Below, in pieces: positions 18,184-27,937 of a DNA stretch of 33,549 nucleotides. Positions within the stretch are counted from its first letter, which is position 1; each line of letters opens with the position of its first letter. The notes beneath the pieces were generated by a model that ran no database searches, was not told the DNA's origin, and worked only from the letters and a program-made list of their open reading frames with translations. The position numbers were made by a program, and so were the translations under genes. The stretch is from a virus (Duplodnaviria; Heunggongvirae; Uroviricota; Caudoviricetes): IMG/VR virus record IMGVR_UViG_2778261567_000022; one strand, given 5' to 3'.

Positions 18184-18290
18184 GACGTGCCTCATATGAA
18201 TAAAAAGGCGGGCTGTCCGGGATTCCACGGCCATACAGTTTCCGTCACTGATGCCTCCTCCCGCGCCCGCCCGGCCCTGCGGGTAGTCGT

Positions 18291-18989
18291 TTACGCTGCA
18301 TTAAGGGCGCTGATGCGTGCCCTGATGCGCGCCCTGATACTTTTTACGCCAGCGGTACGGCTCAGTGCTGCCGCCTGTGCCAGGTATGCGTCTGCCTTTT
18401 CCAGTACGGCAGTATCATTAATCGCGGTGGCTCTCGGTTTGCCCGCCTCGTCGCGCAGAAGATACAGCCCGGCAAATCTGAACCACTTCGCGCGGATTTC
18501 CTCATGCAGCCGCCACGAGGTGGTGACGTTCCTGAAGGTGCGCGAAAAATACGGTTCTATGCTGTGTCCGGCCTCGCTGTTGTCGGTGGCCCACTGCAGC
18601 ACCGTGTCTGCCACGAAGGCGGGCAGGGTGCTGCGGAAGTTGTCCGGTGTGGCCTGGCCTTCACTGATGGCAATGTCTGCCCAGTCAAGGGCGCGACTCA
18701 GGTCGCCCGTGTCGAACAGCCAGATGATGCAGTACACCAGTACCGGGCAGGCGTGGCGCTTTCCGTCAGTGATATAGCGCTCCGCGACGGGCAGCCAGCG
18801 CGGCAGGAGAATGTCGCGCTTGAACGCCAGCCGCTCTTCGCGGACCGGAAGACTGCGCAGCCGTGCCACATCGCGATCAAGCTCCGCGCGTAACAGGTGG
18901 AAGCTGACCGGGGAGGCCGTCAGCGCCTCCCGGCGTTCGAGTGCCTCCTGTGTGCGGATTTTCGCCCGGTGCCGCTGGCAGGGTGTCAT
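18291..18989 (-). CDS. M: terminase small (endonuclease) subunit (P2 gpM-like)
   Basis: 232-aa basic protein between the major capsid and head completion genes; P2 synteny O-N-M-L. Confidence 0.6.
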   Translation of the reverse strand: MTPCQRHRAKIRTQEALERREALTASPVSFHLLRAELDRDVARLRSLPVREERLAFKRDILLPRWLPVAERYITDGKRHACPVLVYCIIWLFDTGDLSRALDWADIAISEGQATPDNFRSTLPAFVADTVLQWATDNSEAGHSIEPYFSRTFRNVTTSWRLHEEIRAKWFRFAGLYLLRDEAGKPRATAINDTAVLEKADAYLAQAAALSRTAGVKSIRARIRARISALNAA

Positions 18990-19006
18990 TGCGCCGCCCT
19001 CCGTCC

Positions 19007-20026
19007 TCAGCCGCCGACGCCTGGTACGGCTTCTGCGCCCTTGATGGTCAGTTTGTCGTAGGCCGCGTAAATTTCGTCGTGCTCCACGGCGTAACCTTCC
19101 ATGCGCAGATAGTTGTTTTCAAAACGCTTGCGATCGTCGTTCCACTCCGCACGGCGCTGACGGGTGCCGCGCTGCGTGTAGATGTGAAGGTTTGCCAGCG
19201 TGGTGACAATCAGGCGCCCTTCCGGCATGAACGGCGGGGTGTATGCTGTCAGCCCGGCGATCTGGCGACCGATAAGCTGTGCGGCCACTTTTTCCGTGGG
19301 GGCGTCGATGGCGTTAAGCAGCGTCACCTTGTCCTGTGCCACAAGGTCGGGCGCAACCAGTACCACCAGATCCGGATGACCGCGATATGACTCATCAATG
19401 AGGGTATGCACGAGGTCTGCCACGGCTGCATCCAGCCCGATAAAGTCGCCACCCTTGCCCAGCGTCGGGCCAGCCTCCACGATCTGTTTTGCGCTGCGGC
19501 CTTTGACGATGGCATGCCAGCCGGTGTTGACGTCCTCGCCGTTTTTGTTGGTTACCGGGTCGGTATCTTCGGCCACGCTGGTACCGTTAAAGGCAATGCG
19601 CAGGATATCCAGCGCGATCTGTCTGTTAACAAAATTCTGAATGCGGTTAAAGAACTCGTTTTCACTTCCTGCGTTCGCCCAGGTGACCAGTGTGGTGTAC
19701 AGGAGGTGGGCGCCGGAATCGGTTTCAGCCAGCTTGTATTCATTCCCGGTAACACCCAGCGGAAGGGTGAAGCGGGCATTTTTTTTACGTCCGGTATGGA
19801 GGCCCGGAACGCCGGTGGTAACCACCTGGCCTGTCACCTGTTCAACATCCAGCACGTTCGGCAGTTTTGATAAAAACTCGTCGGAGTGCATGATGGCGTC
19901 ACGCAGCGCGGTCTCCTTCGGGTCAGACAGCGCAAAATAGCGTGTGACGTCGTCAACCCCGTTTGCCGCGCCCAGCCCGGCAGCGTACTTACGAAGCAGT
20001 GATTCGGTTTTCTGGTTCAGTTGCAT
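19007..20026 (-). CDS. N: major capsid protein (P2 gpN-like)
   Basis: 339 aa, downstream of the scaffold gene; size and position as P2 gpN. Confidence 0.7.
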   Translation of the reverse strand: MQLNQKTESLLRKYAAGLGAANGVDDVTRYFALSDPKETALRDAIMHSDEFLSKLPNVLDVEQVTGQVVTTGVPGLHTGRKKNARFTLPLGVTGNEYKLAETDSGAHLLYTTLVTWANAGSENEFFNRIQNFVNRQIALDILRIAFNGTSVAEDTDPVTNKNGEDVNTGWHAIVKGRSAKQIVEAGPTLGKGGDFIGLDAAVADLVHTLIDESYRGHPDLVVLVAPDLVAQDKVTLLNAIDAPTEKVAAQLIGRQIAGLTAYTPPFMPEGRLIVTTLANLHIYTQRGTRQRRAEWNDDRKRFENNYLRMEGYAVEHDEIYAAYDKLTIKGAEAVPGVGG

Positions 20027-20037
20027 GTTGCGTGTCC

Positions 20038-21087
20038 TTAAACAAAGTCAAACGGTTTTTCGCTTTCTGCCGGTGCGCCAGCCGGGCGCGGCGTGATGCC
20101 GGTTGCTGACAGCTTCGTGGTCAGGTCGTTAAGTTTTTCGGCAATGGCTTTGATTTCTTCTTTGTCGGTGTCGTCCCGGCGACGGGCGGCAAAGCGGCGG
20201 TAACGTTCGCCTTTTTCCGGTGTGATGGCACTGAACGCTTTAATCGCGTCTTCCAGCTTCGCTTTCGCGGCGCTGAAGGCTTCAGCCTTAACCTCATCTT
20301 CCGGGGCGGCTTCCACCTCTTCTGCCAGCTCTGCCACCTCTGCGGCGGCATCGGCGATTTCGGCGGCGATTTCCGCGACTTCGGCTTTTGCTTCTTCCGG
20401 TGTGTCTGCTGTGCCCTCGCCAGCGGCAGCGGCGCTGCCGCCTTCCACCAGGGTGATCAGCTTTTCAAGCAGTGCTTTAATTTCGTCCATTTTTGCGTCC
20501 TCGCCTGTATCAGGCTTACTGGTATCGGTGTTGTCGGTCTGTCCTGCGCTGAACAGGCGTTTCAGGAATGATTCAGGTTTACGGGGGGCAGGGGAGGTGT
20601 CCGGTGACAGGCTGCCCAGCGTGAACGTCTGGCAGTTCGCCCTCTGTGCCGTGTATTCCTCGTTGTTCAGGGTGAAGCGGATTTTTTCCGTCCCCAGACT
20701 GGCGGGGATATCCGTCACCGCCACGCCCAGGAGATAGTCGCGTCCGCTCCGGGCGAAGTTCTCCACTATCTCGGCGGATGTGAACAGCTTCTGCCCCAGT
20801 CTGTTGGCTTCAATCAGGTACTGGTTAGGGACCAGCCGTGCGTAGAGGCGGGTTTTACCGTCCTTGCCGGTTTCCGCTTTCAGTGAGTCCACTTCACCCA
20901 GATTACTGGTGTACTGGCGGTGTCCGATTTCTTCCTCATGCCAGGGCCACAGCAGCGCCGTGTAAGTGTTGCGGGAATAGGTTTCAGCGGCATCAGTCAG
21001 CCACTGCGGATCAATTTCGCGGCCGTCAACGGTCGGTCCTGATGTGGCGATACATATCCAGTCGGTCATCAACGTTGGCTGCGGCAT
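20038..21087 (-). CDS. O: capsid scaffolding protein (P2 gpO-like)
   Basis: Start set at ATG 21087 (MPQPTLMTDWICIATSGPTVDGREI...) with AAAGAGG RBS; acidic Ala/Glu-rich helical C-terminal half typical of scaffolds; divergent from P/Q. Confidence 0.7.
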   Translation of the reverse strand: MPQPTLMTDWICIATSGPTVDGREIDPQWLTDAAETYSRNTYTALLWPWHEEEIGHRQYTSNLGEVDSLKAETGKDGKTRLYARLVPNQYLIEANRLGQKLFTSAEIVENFARSGRDYLLGVAVTDIPASLGTEKIRFTLNNEEYTAQRANCQTFTLGSLSPDTSPAPRKPESFLKRLFSAGQTDNTDTSKPDTGEDAKMDEIKALLEKLITLVEGGSAAAAGEGTADTPEEAKAEVAEIAAEIADAAAEVAELAEEVEAAPEDEVKAEAFSAAKAKLEDAIKAFSAITPEKGERYRRFAARRRDDTDKEEIKAIAEKLNDLTTKLSATGITPRPAGAPAESEKPFDFV

Positions 21088-21253
21088 CGTGGCCTCTTTT
21101 ACGTGAAAATCTGAAGAACTCCGGTGAGTGTCGGGATTTTTACGGCAGGGGGCTACTGGATTAATTCGGTTGCATTCGGATAACACGGAATAGCCGAACA
21201 CAGCCGAAATTTTCTGCCTGAATGCGGGCCGGATGCGCCGCCATAATGGGCGC
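21088..21253. promoter_or_regulatory. divergent intergenic region between O and P operons (expected Ogr-dependent late promoters)
   Basis: Inference from P2 biology only; no consensus element verified. Confidence 0.3.
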
Positions 21254-23059
21254 ATGGCTAAATATTCTGACGAAATCAAAGAGGCGGCGCGATCGCTTTA
21301 CCTGAAGCGGTGGCACCCCCGCGATATTGCGGCGGAACTCGGTATTCCGCCGCGCACGGTTTACCACTGGTGTGATGTGGGGCAGTGGGCTACCCTGCTG
21401 CCCGCTGAATCCGTTGAGGACGTGATCGCCCGGCGTATTGATGTGCTGACCGGACGGGAGGGCAAGACAGAGTGTGAACTTGCCGAACTGCGTGAACTTA
21501 TCGCGCAGCACGTGAAGATCATCGCCCAGAAAAACAAACACGCTGAAAGGATGGCGGAAATTGCCGCCCTGCGTCCGGCAGGGCATGAGGACGGCGTGGC
21601 TGCGGGGACCTGCGGCGGGGGAGAAGGGAAAAAGCGGCGCTACCGGAAAAACGACGTTTCCGGACTGACTGCTGAAATGCTGGATGAATGGGCGCGTAAA
21701 AATCTTTATGCCTACCAGCTGCACTGCCGCGAGAACCGGCACCGTGAGCGCCGTTTCATCCTCAAGAGCCGCCAGATCGGCATGACCTGGTATTTTGCAT
21801 GGGAGGCGTTCGAAGATGCGGTGGTGACCGGTGATAACCAGATTTTCTTTTCTGCGTCACGGGTACAGGCGGAAATCTTCCGTGAATATATTATTAACTT
21901 CGCCCTGCAGTTCGGGATCACGCTCACGGGTAAGCATATCCGTCTGAGCAATGGTGCAATGCTGCGTTTCCTGTCCACCAATGCCAGTACCGCCCAGGGA
22001 TTTAACGGCCACCTTTACGGCGATGAGGTGTTCTGGATCCCAAAATTCACGCGACTGCATGAAGTGGCCTCGGCAATGGCGACCCACGACAAATACCGCA
22101 CGACGTATTTTTCCACACCCAGCGCCAAAACCCACCAGGCTTATCTGGTCTGGAATGGTGACGACTGGCGCGGGGATGACCCGGCGCGTCGTGCTGTTGA
22201 GTTTCCGAAAGAAAGCGCGATGCGTGTGGGCTGTGAATGCCCTGACGGGATCTGGCGCTACATTATCCGGCTGGAAGAGGCGGTGGCGGGTGGCCTGTCT
22301 GCTCGGGTTGATATTGAACGTATCAGGAACCGCTACAATCCGACCACTTACGCGATGCTGTACGGCTGCGAGTTTGTTGACAGCAAGGATGCGGTATTTA
22401 AGTTCTCCGAACTGGTCAGGTGCGAGGTGGAGATGGAGACGTGGGGTGACTACGATCCCACGGCGGCACGTCCGTTCGGCAATCGTGAGGTGTGGGCGGG
22501 CTTTGACCCGTCAAGGTCCGGGGATAATTCCACGTTTGTAATTGTGGCTCCGCCTGTCCATGAGGGCGAGCGGTTCCGTGTGCTCGCCGTCTGGCAGTGG
22601 CAGGGATTTAACTTCACCTGGCAGGCCGATCAGATCCGCGAACTGATGCAGCGTTTTAACATTACCTATATCGGCATAGATATCACCGGTATCGGGAAAG
22701 GGGTGTTTGATATCGTCAGTCGCTTTGCGCCACGTGAGGCTAACGCCATTCTTTACAGCGTGGAGAGCAAAAACCGCCTGGTGATGAAAATGATAGACGT
22801 GGTGGCCCATAAGCGTATCGAGTGGGCGAAAGACGCCATTGATGAGGCCAGCCGTGAACGCACGGAGATCCCCGCGTCGTTCATGTCCATACGCCGCACC
22901 ACCACAAAAAGCGGTAACGCGCTGACGTTCGTGGCGGAACGGTCGGATGTTACGGGGCATGCGGATGTGTTTTTTGCCATTTCGCACGCCGTGATTAATG
23001 AGCCTGTAGATTATGACTATGAACGCCCGTCCACATGGGCCTTCGGGAAAGCCGCATGA
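21254..23059 (+). CDS. P: terminase large (ATPase) subunit (P2 gpP-like)
   Basis: 601 aa from ATG 21254 (MAKYSDEIKEAARSLY...); divergent from O-N-M-L and directly upstream of the portal gene, as P2 P-Q. Confidence 0.75.
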   Translation: MAKYSDEIKEAARSLYLKRWHPRDIAAELGIPPRTVYHWCDVGQWATLLPAESVEDVIARRIDVLTGREGKTECELAELRELIAQHVKIIAQKNKHAERMAEIAALRPAGHEDGVAAGTCGGGEGKKRRYRKNDVSGLTAEMLDEWARKNLYAYQLHCRENRHRERRFILKSRQIGMTWYFAWEAFEDAVVTGDNQIFFSASRVQAEIFREYIINFALQFGITLTGKHIRLSNGAMLRFLSTNASTAQGFNGHLYGDEVFWIPKFTRLHEVASAMATHDKYRTTYFSTPSAKTHQAYLVWNGDDWRGDDPARRAVEFPKESAMRVGCECPDGIWRYIIRLEEAVAGGLSARVDIERIRNRYNPTTYAMLYGCEFVDSKDAVFKFSELVRCEVEMETWGDYDPTAARPFGNREVWAGFDPSRSGDNSTFVIVAPPVHEGERFRVLAVWQWQGFNFTWQADQIRELMQRFNITYIGIDITGIGKGVFDIVSRFAPREANAILYSVESKNRLVMKMIDVVAHKRIEWAKDAIDEASRERTEIPASFMSIRRTTTKSGNALTFVAERSDVTGHADVFFAISHAVINEPVDYDYERPSTWAFGKAA

Positions 23060-24108
23060 GCAAGAAACGCAGAAACAAAACGTCACGCGTGACGAAAAAA
23101 TCATTCACGCCCGCACGTGGCAGCACAATCACCTTTGGCCAGCCGGAACCGGTGCTGACCACCGGCACGGACTACCATAACATCTGGTATGACAACGAAC
23201 ACAACCACTGGCAGCTGCCGATTAACCGCCTGGCACTGGCGCAGCTCCCGAACCTTAACGCCCAGCACGGTGGGGTGCTGTATGCCCGCCGTAACATGGT
23301 GGCGGGGGGTTATACCGGTGGTGGTCTCACAACGGACCAGATGGAACAGGCGGTATTTGACTACCTGTTATTCGGCGATCTCGCCCTGCTCAAGGTGCGT
23401 AACGTATTCGGCGACGTCGTGGCTCTTGAGCCGCTTCCGTCGCTGTATCTCCGGCGCCGCAAAACCGGTGAGTTCGTGGTGCTTCAGGAAGGCCCCGCGC
23501 TGGTCTATACGCCGGAAGATATTATCTTTCTGCGGATGTATGATCCGCGTCAGCAAATTTACGGGCTGCCGGATTATATCGGTGGCATCCACTCGGCGCT
23601 GCTGAACAGCGAGGCCAGCCTTTTTCGTCGCCGTTACTACAACAACGGGGCGCATATGGGTTTTTTGCTGTATACGAACGACCCTGGGATCACCACGGAG
23701 ATGGAGGATGAGATCCGCGAGAAGGTGGCGGAGTCTAAGGGGCTGGGAAATTTCCGCAATCTGTACATCAACATCCCCAAAGGTTCGCCGGATGGGGTGA
23801 AAATTATTCCGATTGGTGAGGTGAGCGCCAAGGATGAATTTTCAAACATCAAGGGGATCAGCGCCCAGGATGTGTTTACGGCACACCGCTTTCCTGCCGG
23901 TCTTGCGGGGATTATCCCCACGAACGGGGCCACCATCCCTAACCCGGAAACGACGCGTGAAACGTACCGCAAGGATGAGGTGATACCGCTTCAGCGTAAA
24001 ATCATGAACGCCGTGAACAGCGATCCCGATATACCGGAACACCTTTATCTTTGTTTTGATGTGGATGCCGGGCATGTGGCGGAAGAAAAAGCGGTGCCGG
24101 TCGGGTAA
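23056..24108 (+). CDS. Q: portal protein (P2 gpQ-like)
   Basis: 350 aa from ATG 23056 (MSKKRRNKTSR...), start overlapping the stop of P (ATGA); size as P2 gpQ. Confidence 0.75.
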   Translation: MSKKRRNKTSRVTKKSFTPARGSTITFGQPEPVLTTGTDYHNIWYDNEHNHWQLPINRLALAQLPNLNAQHGGVLYARRNMVAGGYTGGGLTTDQMEQAVFDYLLFGDLALLKVRNVFGDVVALEPLPSLYLRRRKTGEFVVLQEGPALVYTPEDIIFLRMYDPRQQIYGLPDYIGGIHSALLNSEASLFRRRYYNNGAHMGFLLYTNDPGITTEMEDEIREKVAESKGLGNFRNLYINIPKGSPDGVKIIPIGEVSAKDEFSNIKGISAQDVFTAHRFPAGLAGIIPTNGATIPNPETTRETYRKDEVIPLQRKIMNAVNSDPDIPEHLYLCFDVDAGHVAEEKAVPVG

Positions 24109-24145
24109 AATGTCCTCCCCGGAATACGTGTTATCGGGAGGTAAG

Positions 24146-24409
24146 ATGCGGATTTTTAAAGCCCGGTGTCCGGACTGTGGCGCACCTGCTGTCATCCGGA
24201 AGACAGACTGGAAAACCCCTGAACTTGCGGATCTGTACTGTGCATGCAGTGATGTCGAATGCGGGCACACCTTCGTCTGTACGATGACCTTTTCCCATAC
24301 CCTCAGCCCCGGCGCCCGCTCCGGTCGCAATATGGTGAAGTTTCTTGTTGATGCCATGCGCCCGGAAGATCGCCGGTATGCGCTTGAACTTCTGTCGCGG
24401 CGTTCCTGA
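24146..24409 (+). CDS. ogr: Ogr/Delta-family zinc-finger late transcription activator, 87 aa
   Basis: ATG 24146 with GGGAGG RBS; Cys spacing C-x2-C-x22-C-x4-C (CPDC ... CSDVEC) matches P2 Ogr / P4 Delta. Confidence 0.7.
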   Translation: MRIFKARCPDCGAPAVIRKTDWKTPELADLYCACSDVECGHTFVCTMTFSHTLSPGARSGRNMVKFLVDAMRPEDRRYALELLSRRS

Positions 24410-24436
24410 CGCGCTTCGCTTGTCTGCTGCTTCGCC

Positions 24437-24459
24437 GGGGCAAAAAGAATTTTTGCCCC
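24437..24459. terminator. bidirectional rho-independent terminator between convergent ogr and early-operon ends
   Basis: Perfect inverted repeat GGGGCAAAAA-GAA-TTTTTGCCCC: GC-rich stem base with A/T runs that give a U-tail on both strands. Confidence 0.6.
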
Positions 24460-24474
24460 GACTCACCAGCTCCT

Positions 24475-24801
24475 TTAACGGAATGCAGCGCCGTAGATAA
24501 ACAGAATTCGCTTCATGATTTCGCTGCGCTTGCAGGCTTCGATGACTGATTTTTCCTGCTGCCGTTCAGCCCGTTGCGCCAGTTCCTGTCGTTCCTTTTC
24601 CGTTGGCTTCCGGTAATGCGTTATCTTGTCCGTGTACCCGTCCACAACCAGCAACCCTTCCCGTACCATTTTTCCGGCGGCCTGATTAATGACGGTTCTT
24701 TTCACGCCCAGTTTTTCTACCAGTTCTGGGGCGCTGAAACGTGTGTGCGTTTCCAGGTAGCGTAAAATGATTTCCTTTCCGGTCATTCCTGGGGTCTTCA
24801 T
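24475..24801 (-). CDS. winged-helix DNA-binding protein, 108 aa
   Basis: Start at ATG 24801 with AAGGAG RBS (MKTPGMTGKEIILRYLETHTRFSAPELVEKLGVKRTVINQAAGKMVREGLLVVDG...); helix-turn-helix pattern; last gene before the terminator. Confidence 0.5.
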   Translation of the reverse strand: MKTPGMTGKEIILRYLETHTRFSAPELVEKLGVKRTVINQAAGKMVREGLLVVDGYTDKITHYRKPTEKERQELAQRAERQQEKSVIEACKRSEIMKRILFIYGAAFR

Positions 24802-24968
24802 TTGGCGGCTCCTTCGTTGTTCCGGCGTTCCCGGAGTTCGGTCAGTGCTGCCAGTAAATTCTCCCACCATGTTTCTTCCACGACCGGGTTTTGTCGTGAA
24901 AGCAGCTGCTGCGCCGACTCAATCATTTTCGTAAGCTCTCTGTCGCTGATCCTCCTGGTGCTGTTCAT
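24798..24968 (-). CDS. hypothetical small protein, 56 aa
   Basis: ATG 24968 with AAGGAG RBS; stop abuts the start of the downstream wHTH gene. Confidence 0.4.
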   Translation of the reverse strand: MNSTRRISDRELTKMIESAQQLLSRQNPVVEETWWENLLAALTELRERRNNEGAAK

Positions 24969-25016
24969 GGTGCGCTCCTTTAGTTGGCTGTTTCTGGTTA
25001 TGTTCATGGTCTTTGT

Positions 25017-25421
25017 TTACCTGCGTGATTGTCTGCCAGCGGCTGAATGCACATAGCGGGCAATTGCCGCTTTGCGGTTAATCGATGCCAGTGTTCTGGT
25101 CAGTTCTGCGTTGTGTTTGTGTGCCTGCTCTTCGTGGTACTGCCGCATGATTTTTCCGGCAGGCGTGAGCGGCTCCGGCTCTCCGGGCGGACGGCGCGGA
25201 CGAACGGCGACAAGCCAGCTGCGGTTGGTGCTGTCCGGTCGTCCGTTGAGTATGTCGGTGATGATGGCCGTGGTGGTGCGATCGGGACTGACGACCGTGA
25301 TTTCCAGCTCATCGCCCGGTTGTGGCCCCGTGGCAATGTTGTTCAGGGTCAGTAAGGGCGTGCGCTGGCGCATCATTTCGTCAAAACGCTGGCGCTGCAT
25401 GGCGCAATAAAAGCGGGTCAT
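25017..25421 (-). CDS. hypothetical protein, 134 aa, translationally coupled to gpA
   Basis: Start codon overlaps the gpA stop; no recognisable motif. Confidence 0.4.
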   Translation of the reverse strand: MTRFYCAMQRQRFDEMMRQRTPLLTLNNIATGPQPGDELEITVVSPDRTTTAIITDILNGRPDSTNRSWLVAVRPRRPPGEPEPLTPAGKIMRQYHEEQAHKHNAELTRTLASINRKAAIARYVHSAAGRQSRR

Positions 25422-27937
25422 TGTGGCGCCTCCGTATTCGGTGCGGGGGTGATATCAATGCGGCGGGTGCTGTCATTCCAGTACGCGGTGCGTCCGTCAG
25501 CCAGGCGCACGCGGGCACCGTGACGGACGGAAACGACGGCGCTTTCATGCAGTTGTACGCCCAGCGCATCAAGCTCGCGGGTGATTTGTGCGGTGATGTG
25601 TGGCTCAGCGGTCAGAGCGACACTCACGCGAACGCCGCCAGCGGGCGCACTGATGCCGCCGTTTTTCACGGTTTCCGTGTCAGGTGGCGGGTTTTTCAGC
25701 TGCCTGGTGAGTTGTTTTCGCTCTGTGGGTGTCAGTGACCTTAACCATTCACCCAAATCACCTTCCGGCAGGGTAAGTCGCTGCTCCCTGCGTCCGTCCG
25801 GCTGCCTTTCTGGCGGGGCGTTTATGGTCAGATTCTGGTCAGGGGGACAGTTATTGCCACGAGTCCAAGGTGCGGCAAAGCCGCACTCAACGTCAAAACC
25901 CTCGTCCGTGCGGTCTTCGTTTTCCGGCTTACGTCTGACCAGTTTCCAGGTGTCCGGGTGGGTGCATATGGTGTAGCGCTCCCCGAGTGACGGGGCGCGG
26001 ACGCCGTAAATGCGTTGCGGGAATTCGCCGTAGTCGTTGGCCTCTTCGGCAGTTTCGTATGCGGTGCGGACCAGGTACGTGTTGCGGGGAATGAGCACAC
26101 CACCCTGGCGGGTGATATAGGTGGCAAAACATCCCACGTCGGCGGCGGCCAGTATGGCGTCAATGTCGTCATGGTCCAGACGCTGCGGGGCAGCCGGGTT
26201 ACGGGCCATTTGCCCGGCAAGACGGCGGAGTTCGCGCCATACCTGGCGGGGAGGGATACCGAAGAACTGGAACTGGTGGATGCGGTGAAGGCCTGCCCAG
26301 CCGATGGCGTTCTCCACGGTTTCGGCCATGGTTTTGCCTGATTCCTTATCGACGTAAGGTTTGCCGGTTTTCGGGTCATTCCCCATGAAGGTGCTGGCGT
26401 CCAGGTTCTTACCGATATAGGTCGCGATATAGCTTGTCGGTGTGCCTTTTGCCGGGTCGATTTTTTTGCATTTAAAACGCGGGGAGATATCATCACCCAG
26501 CTCTGCGCGGTCCTCCCTGATGGCGGCGTTGCGCATGATTTCAGTGATACGGGCTTCGTTTTCCTGGCTGGTGAATACCAGCATGTGCCAGTGCGGTGTA
26601 CCGTCGTGGTGGGGCTCCACGGTGCGCACGCCGTACCAGCCCAGCCCGGCCTTGTCGATGGCCCTGCGGACGGCGGCGAAAAAGCGGTAAACCAGATAAT
26701 CACTGGCATCGCGTACCGTTGCTCCGCAGTATTTCGGGTTCAGGCTGCCGTCATCGTTCACGCTGTGAAAACGGGAAGGGGCTGTGACGGTGACGAAAAA
26801 CGCCACGTCGCCGCGTGCTTCGGCGACCTGCTCCATTCCCCGGGCGCAGGTCATCATCTCGTTACGGCGGTTACGCGGATTAGAGAGACCTGCCCAGTAG
26901 ATATCCTCAAGGCTGAACCGTTCTCCCTCTTCGTTCTCGATGTCCCAGGCCTTCAGAAAATCGCGGGTGCGCTGGCGTTTTTCGCGCCAGTCCAGTAACG
27001 CTTCATGGCTGATATATACCGATGTCTTACGTGACACCAGACCTGCGGCGCGTAACAGTTCTTCACGCCAGATGTCCCGGAGGTGTCTTAACTGACTGTT
27101 CCACCATGTCGCACAGGAAAGGCGCATGACCGCACCCGGCACCCGTTCCGGGTCGGGGTCGGTGCGGCGGTCGGGCCTGATTTCCAGCGACGGCCAGCAG
27201 GGTGGCGTGATACCCAGTTTTAACGCCATGTGTGCCAGTGGCTGGTAGGTCAGTAACCAGGTGAGCAGGTCATCGTCACCCCTGCCGGTCTTTTCGATGA
27301 CTTCATCACATGCGCGCTCCAGTGCGGTGGAAAACGCGGTGGCGGTCAGGGTGGCAAGGCGCTGGATTTCGTCACGGCTCAGCTGTGGCAGCATAAGCAG
27401 TTCATCCAGCCGTTCGCGCGCGGCGGTGGCCTTAAAGGCCGGGGTGGCAAAGCGTTCATTCACACGGGCGATACGTTTCAGGCGGGCACGCAGCCCGTGA
27501 CGAACGAAGTTATCCGCCGCATATGCGCTGTTATTCTTAAGCCCTTCCCGGCGTGCGCTCTCCTGTTTGCGGCTCAGGCGCGCCAGGTCACGGATGAGCG
27601 GACCGGCAAGAAACGGCGGCAGGGCGCGCAGCTCTGCCATGGCTTCAGATACCAGTGTTGGCGGATTCTCGTGTTTGTGCCGCGCCAGTTTTTCCAGCCT
27701 GATCCGACGCTCTTCGTCGTGGTAAAGATGCGAATTAATTCGCTTCCCTTCGTCTGTGGTTGTCAGGAAGGCGACGGTTTCTTCATCCAGTCTGGCGTCA
27801 GTGCGAATATCCTCGTTGATGTAGCTCTGAATGGCCTGGCGTAATGCGGTTGGCTGCGCTCTGCCGAACGTTTCAGGATCGATAACCGGTAGCGGGGCGT
27901 TCCACGGGTACGCCAGTTGTGCATTATGGTCGCTCAT
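25418..27937 (-). CDS. A: replication initiation protein, rolling-circle HUH endonuclease (P2 gpA-like)
   Basis: HUH motif (HHDGTPHWHMLVF) and tyrosine pair (SYIATYIGK) as in P2 A / phiX174 A superfamily; start set at ATG 27937, which overlaps the upstream stop. Confidence 0.8.
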   Translation of the reverse strand: MSDHNAQLAYPWNAPLPVIDPETFGRAQPTALRQAIQSYINEDIRTDARLDEETVAFLTTTDEGKRINSHLYHDEERRIRLEKLARHKHENPPTLVSEAMAELRALPPFLAGPLIRDLARLSRKQESARREGLKNNSAYAADNFVRHGLRARLKRIARVNERFATPAFKATAARERLDELLMLPQLSRDEIQRLATLTATAFSTALERACDEVIEKTGRGDDDLLTWLLTYQPLAHMALKLGITPPCWPSLEIRPDRRTDPDPERVPGAVMRLSCATWWNSQLRHLRDIWREELLRAAGLVSRKTSVYISHEALLDWREKRQRTRDFLKAWDIENEEGERFSLEDIYWAGLSNPRNRRNEMMTCARGMEQVAEARGDVAFFVTVTAPSRFHSVNDDGSLNPKYCGATVRDASDYLVYRFFAAVRRAIDKAGLGWYGVRTVEPHHDGTPHWHMLVFTSQENEARITEIMRNAAIREDRAELGDDISPRFKCKKIDPAKGTPTSYIATYIGKNLDASTFMGNDPKTGKPYVDKESGKTMAETVENAIGWAGLHRIHQFQFFGIPPRQVWRELRRLAGQMARNPAAPQRLDHDDIDAILAAADVGCFATYITRQGGVLIPRNTYLVRTAYETAEEANDYGEFPQRIYGVRAPSLGERYTICTHPDTWKLVRRKPENEDRTDEGFDVECGFAAPWTRGNNCPPDQNLTINAPPERQPDGRREQRLTLPEGDLGEWLRSLTPTERKQLTRQLKNPPPDTETVKNGGISAPAGGVRVSVALTAEPHITAQITRELDALGVQLHESAVVSVRHGARVRLADGRTAYWNDSTRRIDITPAPNTEAPQ

